Shown here piece after piece: positions 25,610 through 37,600 of a stretch of 64,000 nt of DNA. The notes beneath the pieces are model-generated. The model was given only the letters and a program-made list of their open reading frames with translations, was not told where the DNA came from and searched no databases. Origin of the DNA: Bugula neritina (lineage: Eukaryota > Animalia > Bryozoa); the NCBI GenBank assembly GCA_964035545.1, contig OZ037769.1, positions 11,624,633-11,688,632 of the forward strand, written 5' to 3'. The translations under genes were made by a program, and so were the position numbers. Every line of letters begins with the position of its first letter. The first letter of the stretch is position 1.

Positions 25610-28600
25610 ATGGAGGACGGTAAGTCAGTTTTAGTGAACTAAGTAAATATAATGTAGTAGTTTTACCATTATTCAAGTAACTTATATGAAATTAGAGTAA
25701 CTTATAAGAAATTCTACAAACTTAACTCATAATGCATGCTTCTCAAAAAGATTGTGTGACTCAATGACAACTATTTTCTTTCATATCTTAAAGAATCCCT
25801 GCCACACTTTACTTATATAGCATGAAAATATTCATCTATATCTTAGCCGTCATTAGACCAACCCTTTAAGGGTGAATGGTTAGACTATTTTGTTTTATAA
25901 CAAGTTTAGTGCATGCATGTCCAAAAACCTTTCAGATTTCTGAGCTCTCAGTGCCCACGTATTACGCCGGCTTCCGGTTGGCTTCGAGTCCTAGTTACTA
26001 TATAACTAATAGTAATAATTGCATACTTTCGCTGCATGTTTTTTTTCAGCCACTGCAACACACAGATAAATCACTAAACTGACAAAAACTTTCGTACTTA
26101 GAGTACAACTAATGCTCAAAGAAAAAAAACAATTGATACCATTTTATTATTGATATTAAGAGCTAAAGCTACTTCCGTTAGAAATTTTGAGCATGGAAAA
26201 AATAAAATAGCCTCACCTCCACGATGTAATTAGAACGGGTGGTTAGGTACGGCGATAACACGATATTGTTAAAAGAAATTAGCTAAATCCAATGAGTGGT
26301 GAACTTTTCTATAAAACATTACAAATAATTGCGTATTCAATTATGTAACTTACCCTGCCTTACAAATAGATTATCATTACCATAACCGGATATTACTAAT
26401 ATAACGTGTGCCTAGTAGTACTGCTACTACTACTACTAGTAGTAGTCGCTCCCTATCTTTATAAATTCGATTTCATATTCCCATTGGACTCTAACGAACA
26501 AACTTATTATAGTACTAGTTACACTTACTGTCGACATGACTACACCAGCTTGGCTTCAAGTTCTAAAGGCAAATGCAAAAGAATAGTGTGTGAAGCTGCA
26601 ATGTGCTCGTACAAGGAAAGTCACATGTGTAAATGGCCTGCTGATACTGTGTGTGGTGAAAAATGGACCAAGTTTGTCAATATGAAAAGAAAACAATTTC
26701 TGCCTGATAACTCTCGGGCATGTATAAAGCAAAACTCATTAAGGATCGGTATAGCTACAATAATAGTTATCATTATTATGCATTTATAAAAACCCAATCC
26801 TCCCTTTGACTTAAAATATCGGGTAAATCTAACTACAAGTAATTAATACTAATACCTGTATTGGTAGTAGTAATAATAACATTAGTATTGATCAAATATT
26901 TAATTATTTGACTCGAATTTAAAATCATTAATGGTTATCACTTTATTATTATATGAACTGATAGCAATCATCAAATATTTAGCTTGTAATTTAATATCAT
27001 GCTTGCTCCAAAGCTTTAGTAGCGCAAAACTCAGTTATAATAACTAATTAAACCAGGATCAATATGAGTATTGGCATTACCATTACAAAATAAAAATTAA
27101 ATATTATAATAAATTATAACTTATACTTATAGTACCACCATTACTATTTGATTAGTAACACTATAGTTTTTAAAACTAAATCATACTGATACTGTACAAT
27201 TATAAATATTATTATCTAGCTTGCTAATGCCTAAGTATGGTAATTACTGTTAAAGCTTTCAACATAATGTAATTTTACTGAAATACGCATTCTGAAGTTA
27301 TGTAATATTTCTTGTACTAATGTTGCGTTCTTTTGTAATAGATTTTCATCCTCTATTATTCTGAAATAACTGCGTGCGTCAGTATTATAAATACTGTTGC
27401 GTATCTTTTTTAATGCTGTAATTGTGTAGTAGATTTTTGCATGTACTTATTTCCTGTTGCCCGAGATCGGCATTTCGGCTTTCCGAAAGGTTTCCCCGAT
27501 CCTCCGGCCACGCCACTCAAGACCCGGATAGCGTCAGAAGACACAGGATGGCAGGCGCCTCAGAGATCTCGGAGACCGCAAGGTCTACCCGATCCTCCGG
27601 CCTGGCCACTCCACAACCGGTTCGCGAGGTTGCCCGAGGAAGTCGCGGAGAACTCAGCTTACTCGCAAATGTACCCCAAGCTGCCCTCTCGACCTCAGAA
27701 AACCCCCGTTGTCTCTAAGACGATGAGGAGGCCCGCTGTGCGGACCCAAGTTGTGTCTCCCCCAGAGACTAACCGCTCCAGGAGCACCCAACCGTATGGA
27801 AGCAGCTACTTCCTACCCGGAAAAAAATTCGGGTAAAGCTGCCACATTCCTACTGTACACAGGGTGCACTACAAACCTGCTGAGTGGGCGTCTCTTTGAC
27901 ACCCTTGGCGCCCGAGAGCGGGCGAGCCTCGAGCCGTACGAAGGTGTGGATGGTACGTTGGCGGACGGATCGTGCATCCCTTTTTACGGCGTTATTACGC
28001 TACCTGGACGCGTCCGTGATCAAGTGATTCACGAGACGTTCATAGTCAGCCAGCTGAAGGAGGACGCCATCCTGAGAATGCCATTTCTGGAGAAACACCA
28101 GTGCCGCATGGATTTCCAAAAGTCGGTGGTGGTGATGGCTGAAAGGGAACTTGTCTGTGTTGACAAGTTTGGCAGGCCCTTGGTGGGTGGAGTCCAGGTA
28201 CTGCTGGACTGCACGGTTCCAGAAAGATCCCAGGCGACTCTCCGCTGCAGAGTCAACTGCAAGGAGATCGCTGACCTGGGGGTGGTTGAGGGATCGCACG
28301 GAGCGATCCGACTAGCAAACAGCCTGAATCGGCAAGAGCTCCTTGTGCAGTGTATCAACCCCTTCACGGAACCTGTCTGATTATCGGCCGGAGCGCTGGT
28401 GGGGAAGTACCACTCCATCCAGGACGCGGATGTGGGTCTGGCACTGGAAACAGTGGCCGATACCCAGGGAAACTCCTCTCGCACCAGCCGAAGCGCAGTT
28501 CCGGAGCATATGGCTGACCTGTACGATGGAGCGTGTGGCAACTGTACGAGTAGTACTGAACGCCAAGTACTGGCTCAACTACTCGCGGAGTACAGTGATG

Positions 28601-31600
28601 TCTTCAGTCGTGGCGATGAAGACATGGGGCTGACTAAGGTTATCTCTCACGAGATACCCCTGGCAGCCGGCACCACTCCCATCAGGCAGCCCACCCGGCG
28701 TCTAGGCCCGGAGAAAGAGAAGAAGGTGAGCCGACAGATGCAGGATCTTCTCGACCGGGATCTGATTGAGCCTGCCCATGGTGCGTGGAGCTCTCCAGTA
28801 GTCCTGGTCAAGAAGAAGGATGGTAGCTGGAGGTTCTGTGTGGACTACCGCAGACTCAACAGCGTTACCATCCAAAACGCCTACCCTCTCCCATGGATAG
28901 ATGAGTCTCTGGATGCCCTCGCGGGTAGCAAGTACTTCAGTACTTTAGATCTGCTTAGCGGGTACTGGCAAGTGCCCTCAGTCCTGATGCCCAGGACAAA
29001 GCAGCATTCATTACTCGCGACGGGCTCTGGAAGTGGAAAGTACTGCCATTCAGACTAACGTCCGCCCCGGCAACTTTCCAATGGCTCATGGAGCAGGTCC
29101 TCAGTGGATTACACTGGAAGACCCTCCTCATCTATCTGGACGACGTCATTGTCATCTCCCCAGACTTTTCGACTCATGTCAGTCGTCTGCAAGAGGTCTT
29201 TCACCATCTCCGGGCAGCTGGACTGAAGCTGAAGACCTCCAAGCGTGCACTCCTGCAGCCGGAAGTCATGTACCTGGGCCATGTGGTTGGCCGTGACGGG
29301 GTCTCTACCGACCCGGAGAAGGTACAGGCTGTGAAGGAGTGGGCTGTTCCCCGTGACCTACCCAAGCTACGAGCATTCCTAGGCCTTGTAGGGTACTACT
29401 GGCAGTACATACCTGGCTTCGCAGGGGTGGCTCAGCCGTTAAATCGACTGACCGCAAAGGGTGTTCGGTCGCAGTGGACACAGGAGGAGCTGCAGGCATT
29501 CGACCACCTCAAGCAACGGCTAATGGAGGCACCAATTCCGGCGTATCCTGATCCAGCCAAAGAGTACATCCTGGACACTGACGCCAGCGACTACAGTGTG
29601 GGAGCTGTTCTGTCTCAAGTCCAGGGTGGAAGTGAGGTGGTCGTGGCTTACTACAGCAAGACTCTTGCGGCCGCCGAGAAAAACTACTGTACCACTAGGA
29701 AAGAGCTCCTAGCAGTAGTCAAGGCGGTCAAGCACTTTCGGCCATATCTGTATGGGAGAACGTTCCGGTTGCGAACAGACCATGCATCACTGATATGGCT
29801 GTGTAAACGTGCAGAGCTCTCGAGCCAGGTGGCTCGTTGGCTAGAGATTCTTGCCGAGTTCTCTTACCGGATAGAGCACCGTGCAGGCCGGAAGCATGGG
29901 AACGCCGACGACATGAGCCGCCGGCCGGTAGAGGACTGTCAGCAATGCCTGCACATTGAGAAGCGGGACGGGGACCCGCTCGCCTTGACGTGGAAACAGA
30001 GTTAGGGGAGGGCACCGTCTACTGGTGGGAGCACGGCCATCTTCGGACCGAAACTCACCCAGACGACGTCAAGGCACTCCATGCCAACCCCACTCTGTAC
30101 CAGAATGTCAAGGAGCTGCGCCGACTCCAGGAGACGCTACCCGGCGCGGTAGCGGACATCTTCCGGGCTAAGAAAGAGGGCCGACGACCTAGCGGGGAAC
30201 AGCAGCAGCAGGGAGACGTTGAATTCCAACTCCTCTGTCGTCGCTGGGATGCCTTCAAGGTCAGTCCTGATGGCCTCCTAATGATAACGTTAGCAGCAGA
30301 CAATCGTCAGCAAGAGAGGGACCGCGTCGTCTGTCCACGCGCCCTCCGGCGGGAATTGATCTGGGACACCCATAAGCAGGCTCATTCTGGAGTCAGTCGG
30401 GTCATCAGGTGTCTGCGGCTGCGTTGGTATTGGCCCGGAATGACTCGAGACGTACGACTGCGGATACGGCAATGCGAGGTCTACCAAGCTAGCAAGCATA
30501 GCCGCCCCACGGAAACCACTGGTCGACGCCGGCTATACGCTGGTCGACCATGGCAAGTAGTGGCGGTAGACCTCGTCGGGCCTATGCCGTTATCCGCCAG
30601 AGGAAACACCTGAATACTGGTGCTCACGGACCACTTTACCCGGTGGGCAGATGCTCTGGCTATTCCAGAAGCAACAGCCCCCACGGTGGCCCGGGCTCTG
30701 GACCAAAATGTGTTCTGTTACCTCGGATTACCCGAGCAGATACATACGGACCAAGGTGCCCAGTTTCAGTCCCAGCTTATGGGAGACCTCTGCCGGATAT
30801 GGGGGTGAACCAGAGTCGGACCACCCCATATCACCCGCAAGGGAACGAAGTCGTCGAGCGGAACAACAGGATGTTGGGTGACGCCCTCAGGAGCCTGCTC
30901 CTTGGTCGGGGTCAGGAAGAATGGGACATGGTGCTGCCGCAAATCATGTGGGCTTACCACAGCACACCGCACTCCGCCACGCAGGAGACCCCAAACTTTT
31001 TGATGCTAGGCCGGGAGACACGGGTTCCGGAACACCTGACCTACCATGTCCCCGCCCCCGAGTCACCGGTACATGAGTACGTGGGGGGTCTGATAGAAAT
31101 CATGGGCAAAGCTCATGATGCACTGCGTGCCCAGCAGTGGCAGACCCGCACAGAAGACTCAGAAGAGCCCCCGTTTTACCAGGTGGGAGACTGGGTTTGG
31201 ATGGTGAGCTACCGAAGGCGACGCGAACAGTCGGCTAAACTCCAGCCCAAGTTTCTCAGTCCCTACTGCGTAGTGGAGGTGCTGCCCAACCACACGTACC
31301 GTGTGGAGCGCTCTAGACAGGTCTCAGTTCAGAGCGAGCAGCGCCTGAAACCTTACCATGCTAGCCCAGACGCAGTGGGTCAGGCTCCACCCCTCCTGGA
31401 GCCCAACTGCCAGCCCAACCATCGGGGAAGGACCACCCAACCCCGAGAGGTGGAAATTGTCGTCCCAAGGGAGGCGGATCAGGAACAGGCCGCCCTGCTG
31501 GAACAGCTTGAACAGCAGCAAAGGCAGGAGCGGCGGCAGCAGCAGCAGGCCCTAGGGCCACCACCCCTCCCGGGGGAGGACACCCCTACCCGTATTACGG

Positions 31601-34600
31601 GTGAAGGCGGGGACCTCCCTACGTTGGCAACTGAAGAACCACTGGCACTACAAGTGCCTGCCCATCCATTGAGAAGTCAAAGAGATAGGAAACCATCCAG
31701 ATATCTGGCAGACTATCACGTAGGACACATGGAGATGTTTCTACAGAGGAGTGGTACACCCAGTACGGGTAAAAACTCCGAGTCTCAGTTGCAGAATAGC
31801 CCTGGCAGTACCAGACTTCTCCAAAAGCAACAGCCCCCAGACCAGCACAGTCACCTGGACAACAGATACCCAGCTCTTTCGGGTAATGTTGGCCAAGGTA
31901 GGTAGCGATACTCCATACCCCTGACCGACTTGGAACCCCCTCAAGAGAAGGAAGATGGGGCCACGTCCCTGCTACCTGCCCAGCTGATTGGAGATGGCGC
32001 TACCGCAGCCACCACCCAGCCTCTACGGGTAGCACTGGCAAGACTGGGCAAAGAGCCTGGAGCACCAGTCAGCCAAATAGGAGAGAAAACTCAGCCGCCC
32101 CAACCTTATAATTGCCCCGTCACCGGCAAAATGTGGCACCTCCTTACCGCGAGTGCGTCCTGGATAGTGCAATCCAGGCCTGGTCCAGTATCCTTGACCG
32201 ATGTACTGAAGAGATAGAAAGCCTGGTGCACCACCTCCAATGGCCAAACCGGACAATTAGGAGCCGCCGGCATTAGCCACCCGAACTGTATATATTGTGG
32301 GTACTATTACCATCTTATATTATTGTGATACGTGTGATTAATCATAATACTTTTCTGTTAACCGCATATTTTTCTACTTTTGTGAAATTATTGTTCTATT
32401 ATCTAAAAGGGGATGCTTTTCGATGGGGGGGAGAATGTAATGGATTCTCATTCTCTATTGTCCTGAAATAACAGCATGCAACAGTATTATAAATACTGTT
32501 GCGTATCGTTCTTAATTCTGTAATTATAGTTAAGTAAGCTAGCTTGCTAATGCATAAGTATGGTAATTACTGTTAAAGCTTTCAACATAATGTAATTTTA
32601 CTGAATTACGCATTCTGAAGTTATGTAATATTTTTTGTACTAATGTTGCGTTCTTTTGTAATAGATTTTCATCCGCTATTATTCTGAAATAACTGCGTGC
32701 GTCAGTATTATAAATACTGTTGCGTATCTTTTTTAATGCTGTAATTGTGTAGTAGATTTTTGCATGTACTTATTTCCTGTTGCCCGAGATCGGCATTTCG
32801 GTATTCCGAAATGCCGAAATACCGATAGTCGGCAGTTCGGGCTACCGAAAGCCCCGAAATGCCGAAAGTCGGTGTTTCGGACTTCCGAAATGCCGAAGGT
32901 CGGCGTTTCGGACCTCCGATCTCGGCAACAAGGGAAAAACCCTATCTCTTGCTGTATATAAAAGCCAGCGAGCTCCAGTGTAGTTCAGTCTACTGCTGGA
33001 GCTCACTCGCAGAGGACCTTCAATATTATATTATTCGACTCAATGAAGATTTCTTCAACTGTACAACACATCTTGTTCTCTCTAACAAAGAGTATGTTCA
33101 GGCACTAGTTCTATTCAACCCACAAAAAAATCACACATTGAAAGCAACGTCATGACTATCATCTTCATCTTGATACAATAACAACTCAAACTGATAGCCC
33201 ATTACTGTAGAGACTAAAGACAAAGTGATTACTTCAGAAATCTCAATCAGTCAATGACAGCGTGAGACTGAGTGTGATTCTCATAGTCGTACTCATTGCG
33301 AATGTGATTCTCATTCTGCTCTAAGTATTCTTCGTCAGAGCCAGATATGCTCATATTGATATTTATATTGTATTTATATGTTATTTCTGTATATAATATT
33401 ATATTAGGTATAACTTTATTACAATTACACTGCACAGACTCAGACACGGGTAAGTTGAAAGCTATATATTTGATGCCGTGAAAATTTTTTATGAAATAAA
33501 AACCTAAATTCCACAAAAAAGCACCAATTGGGGGGCCAGACAGCAGTCCAATACGTGAAAAAATGTTAAAACTAAGGTTACATGCAACGGAAAATATAGC
33601 CTATACTTATTTTCTGAATGTCTTACAGGCGGCATTTTATCTATTTCTCGCAATTGCGGTGTAGTACGTCACAGGCAGGTGATAAAAATTCTCAAAGTTT
33701 TTTGGTCATATATGCACTAAACTTGTCATAAAACAAAATTGTCTAAACCTGAAACCCTAAAAGAGTGTTAAAATAATAGCTAAGACATGAATCAATATTT
33801 TCATGCTATATAAGTAAAGTGTGGCAAGGATTCTTTAAGTTTATGCATCTTTTTAGTTCATTTTTTAGAACTAATAATTGAAATATAATAAAATTGTAAT
33901 CAAGAATTATATGACCACTAACTATATTACAAGGTTTATTAGATTTACATTGCATCGTATTTCTAACTTGTAGAGAAAAGATATAGAATATGGTTTAACT
34001 CTGTCAGTATAAAAGAATCTGATAGAGAATGGGTGAAGATTATTCCAGATAAAAGCTACACAATAAATGGGTTGAGACATGAAAGTAAACGTCATACCAT
34101 CACTCATGTTATACTGTGGTTTAGCATTCCTCCAGATATTCACAATCTCTTCCCTCATCTCACACATTTGTTGTTGAAGAGTAAAAGCTCATCTGCCGGT
34201 ATTTTCAGGTAATGAAACTCCTCATAATATATTGTATTATTTAATATGTTGTTTATAAAACTTCTTTACCGAAATGTGCAGGTGTAGCATGAAATTATGT
34301 CCTTCTTCACCTCTCAGTTTCTTAATATTTATATTCTGGTAGTAGAAAGTATTATATATCTGCCTGCTATTTTACAGCTTATCTAATGTGTCTGATTATC
34401 TACCAGATGACATGTTCAATTCTTTACAGTCACTGAAAGAGTTGCATGTCAGTGGCTGTAGACGCAGCACTCTACCAACGAGGTATGTACTGTATATGTA
34501 ATTAATTATACTAGAATGAGGCTGTATGCTGGCCCATGAATTCAATGGAATATCTACCTCATTATGTAAATTGTGTGCATGTTATAATATAAGACTGCAT

Positions 34601-37600
34601 TAATAGCAGATTATGCAGTGTAATGAATATATTGTAACATTAAAAGGAATTATATACATGTCTGTTATATTACAGCATAACTCAACTGAGAAGTCTTGAG
34701 ATACTGAATGTGTCAGGGAATTATCCGTCTAATAATCTACCAGATGATATGTTCGAATCTTTACAATCACTGAAGGAGTTGGATATCAGTGGTTGTAGTC
34801 TCAGAACTCTACAAAAGAGGTGAGTACTGTATATATAATTATTCTATGTTGACAGAGTACCAACTCTCAACAGAGTCCTACATTGGCTGAATTTCTCTCC
34901 ATCTAAAACCAGAATTATATTATGTTTTGCATTTAATGCTTTGTTCTGTGTAACATGATAAGAACCAACTCTCATTGTATGCTATTCTCAGCTTTTGTAA
35001 CACTGAGCTGCCTTGAAAGTTTCCACTTTGAACTTTCATATTACTAGTTTCTACATAACTGAACAGTTATTAGAATATCTGCTCTATGGAACTCTTCAGC
35101 TATGATGAACCAGTACACTAGAGGGATATGTTTTTTAATTTGAATGTATAACAGTGCTGAGTTTGCATATGCCTTGTTTTGAATATTTCATAAATTATTT
35201 TAGCTTTGCATATACAATGTTTTATCCCAGGATATAATGTATATTGTTAATTATCATTGTTATTATTAATGTTTTTTTCCAAGTAACTTGTTTTGTTTGC
35301 AGTATTTAGTATAATGTAACAAATTTTATCGTGCAATCTCATTATATTTAATATGTACAGAATAATCATCTTACAACAATAGAAAGAATTATATACATGT
35401 CCATTATATTACAGCATATTGGGGTTGACAAATCTTGAGATACTTAATATTCGAGAGAATAATCTGTCTAATAATCTACCAGATGATATATTCGCACCTT
35501 TACAATCACTGAAGGAGTTGAATATCAGTGACTGCCAACTCAGAACTCTACCAAAGAGGTGTGTACTGTATATATAATTAATTATACTAGAATGAGACTG
35601 TAGGCTGTCCTAAGTATTCAAAGGAATATCTACCTCATTATGTAAATTGTGTGCATGTTCTAATATAAGACTGCATTAATAGCAGATTATACAGTGTAAT
35701 GAATGTATTGTAACATTAAAATGAATTATACACATGTCTGTTATATTACAGCATATCTCAACTAAGAAATCTTGAAATACTAAATATGTCAGGAAATTGG
35801 CTGCCTGATAATCTACCAGATAATATGTTCAATTATTTACAATCACTGAAGGAGTTGAATATCAGTGGTTGCCAACTCAGCACGTTACCAAAGAGGTGTG
35901 TACTGTATATATAATAATTATAGTTTATAGTAAAATGAGACTGTATGCTGGCTCATGAATTCAAAGGAATATCTAGCTCATTATGTAAATTGTGTGCATG
36001 TTATAATATAAGACTGCATTAATAGCAGATTATACAGTGTAATGAATATTATATTGTAACATTAAAAGGAATTATATACATGTCTGTTATATTACAGCAT
36101 ATCTCAACTGAGAAATCTTGAGATACTGAATGTGTCAGGGAATTATCCGTCTAATAATCTACCTGATGATATATTCACATCTTTACAATCACTGAAGGAG
36201 TTGAATATCAGTGATTGCCTTCTCACCACTCTACCAAAGAGGTATGTACTGTATATATAATTGTTCTATGTTGTCATAGTAACAACTCTCAACAGAGTCC
36301 TACATTGGCTGAATTTCTCTCCATCTAAAACCAGAATTATATTATGTTTTGCATTTAATGCTTTGCTCGGTGTAACATGATAAGAACCAACTCTCACTGT
36401 ATGCTATTCTCAGCTTCTGCAACACTGAGCTGCCTTGAGAGTTTAAACTTTGAACTTTCAAGTTACTAGTTTCTACATAACTGAACAGTTATTAGAATAT
36501 CTGTTCCATGGGACTCTTCAGCTATGATGATTCAGTAGACTAGAGGGATATGTTTTTTAATTTGAATGTATAACAGTGCTGAGTTTGCATATGCCTTGTT
36601 TTGAATATTTCATAAATTATTTTAGCTTTGCATATACAATGTTTTATCCCAGGATATAATGTATATTGTTAATTATCATTGTTATTATTAATGTTTTTTT
36701 CCAAGTAACTTGTTTTGTTTGCAGTATTTAGTATAATGTAACAAATTTTATCATGCAATCTCATTATATTAATATGTACAGAATAATCATCTTACAACAA
36801 TAGAAATATTATATACAAGTCCATTATATTACAGCATATTGGAGTTAACAAATCTTCAGATACTGAATATGTCAGGGAATTTTCTGTCTGATAATCTACC
36901 AGATGATATGTTGGAAACTTTACAATCACTGAAGGAGTTGAATATCAGTGACTGTAGTCTCAGAACTCTACCAACGAGGTATGTACTGTATATATAAATA
37001 ATTATACTAGAATGAGACTGTATGCTGTCCTAAGTATTTAAAGGAATATCTACCTCATTATGTAAATTGTGTGCATTAATAGCAGATTATACAGTGTAAT
37101 GAATATTATATTGTAACATTAAAAGGAAACATATACATGTCTGTTATATTACAGCATATCTCAACTGAGAAATCTTGAAATACTAAATATGCCAAGTAAT
37201 AATCTGTCTAATAATCTACCTGATGATATGTTCACATCGTTACAATCACTGAAAGAGTTGAATATCAGCGGCTGCACACTCACCACTCTACCAAAAAGGT
37301 GTGTACTGTATATATAATTATTCTATGTTGACATAGTAACAACTCTCAACAGAGTCCTACATTGGCTGAATTTTTCTCCATCTAAAACCAGAATTATATT
37401 ATGTTTTGCATTTAATGCTTTGCTCGGTGTAACATGATAAGAACCAACTCTCATTGTATGCTATTCTCAGCTTCTGTAACACTGAGCTGCCATGAAAGTT
37501 TAAACTTTGAACTTTCAAGTTACTAGTTTCTACATAACTGAACAGTTATTAGAATATCTGTTCCATGGGACTCTTCAGCTATGATGAACCAGTAGACTAG

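Larger units (their letters stand above)
27216..33177 (+). mobile_element. Ty3/Gypsy LTR retrotransposon 3, partial 5' LTR, gag largely deleted
   Basis: 27216-27488 is near-identical to 32539-32811 within the 3' LTR; pol ORFs follow; PPT GATGGGGGGGAGAA ends at 32435. Confidence 0.9.
25792..33834. mobile_element. Kolobok-like DNA transposon (decayed) containing Gypsy 3
   Basis: About 150-bp imperfect TIRs AGAATCC(C/T)TGCCACACTTTACTTATATAGCATG..., AG...CT termini, TTAA TSD at 25788-25791 and 33835-33838. THAP-like remnant CEAAMC...KWP...W..FV...P....C at about 26585-26725. Confidence 0.8.

Noticed and set aside
35690-35722. RSS-like TACAGTG...ACATTAAAA in the short LRR introns (RAG-type recombination signal)
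   Set aside because: The heptamer lacks the essential CAC, the nonamer match is poor and the spacer is not 12 or 23 nt
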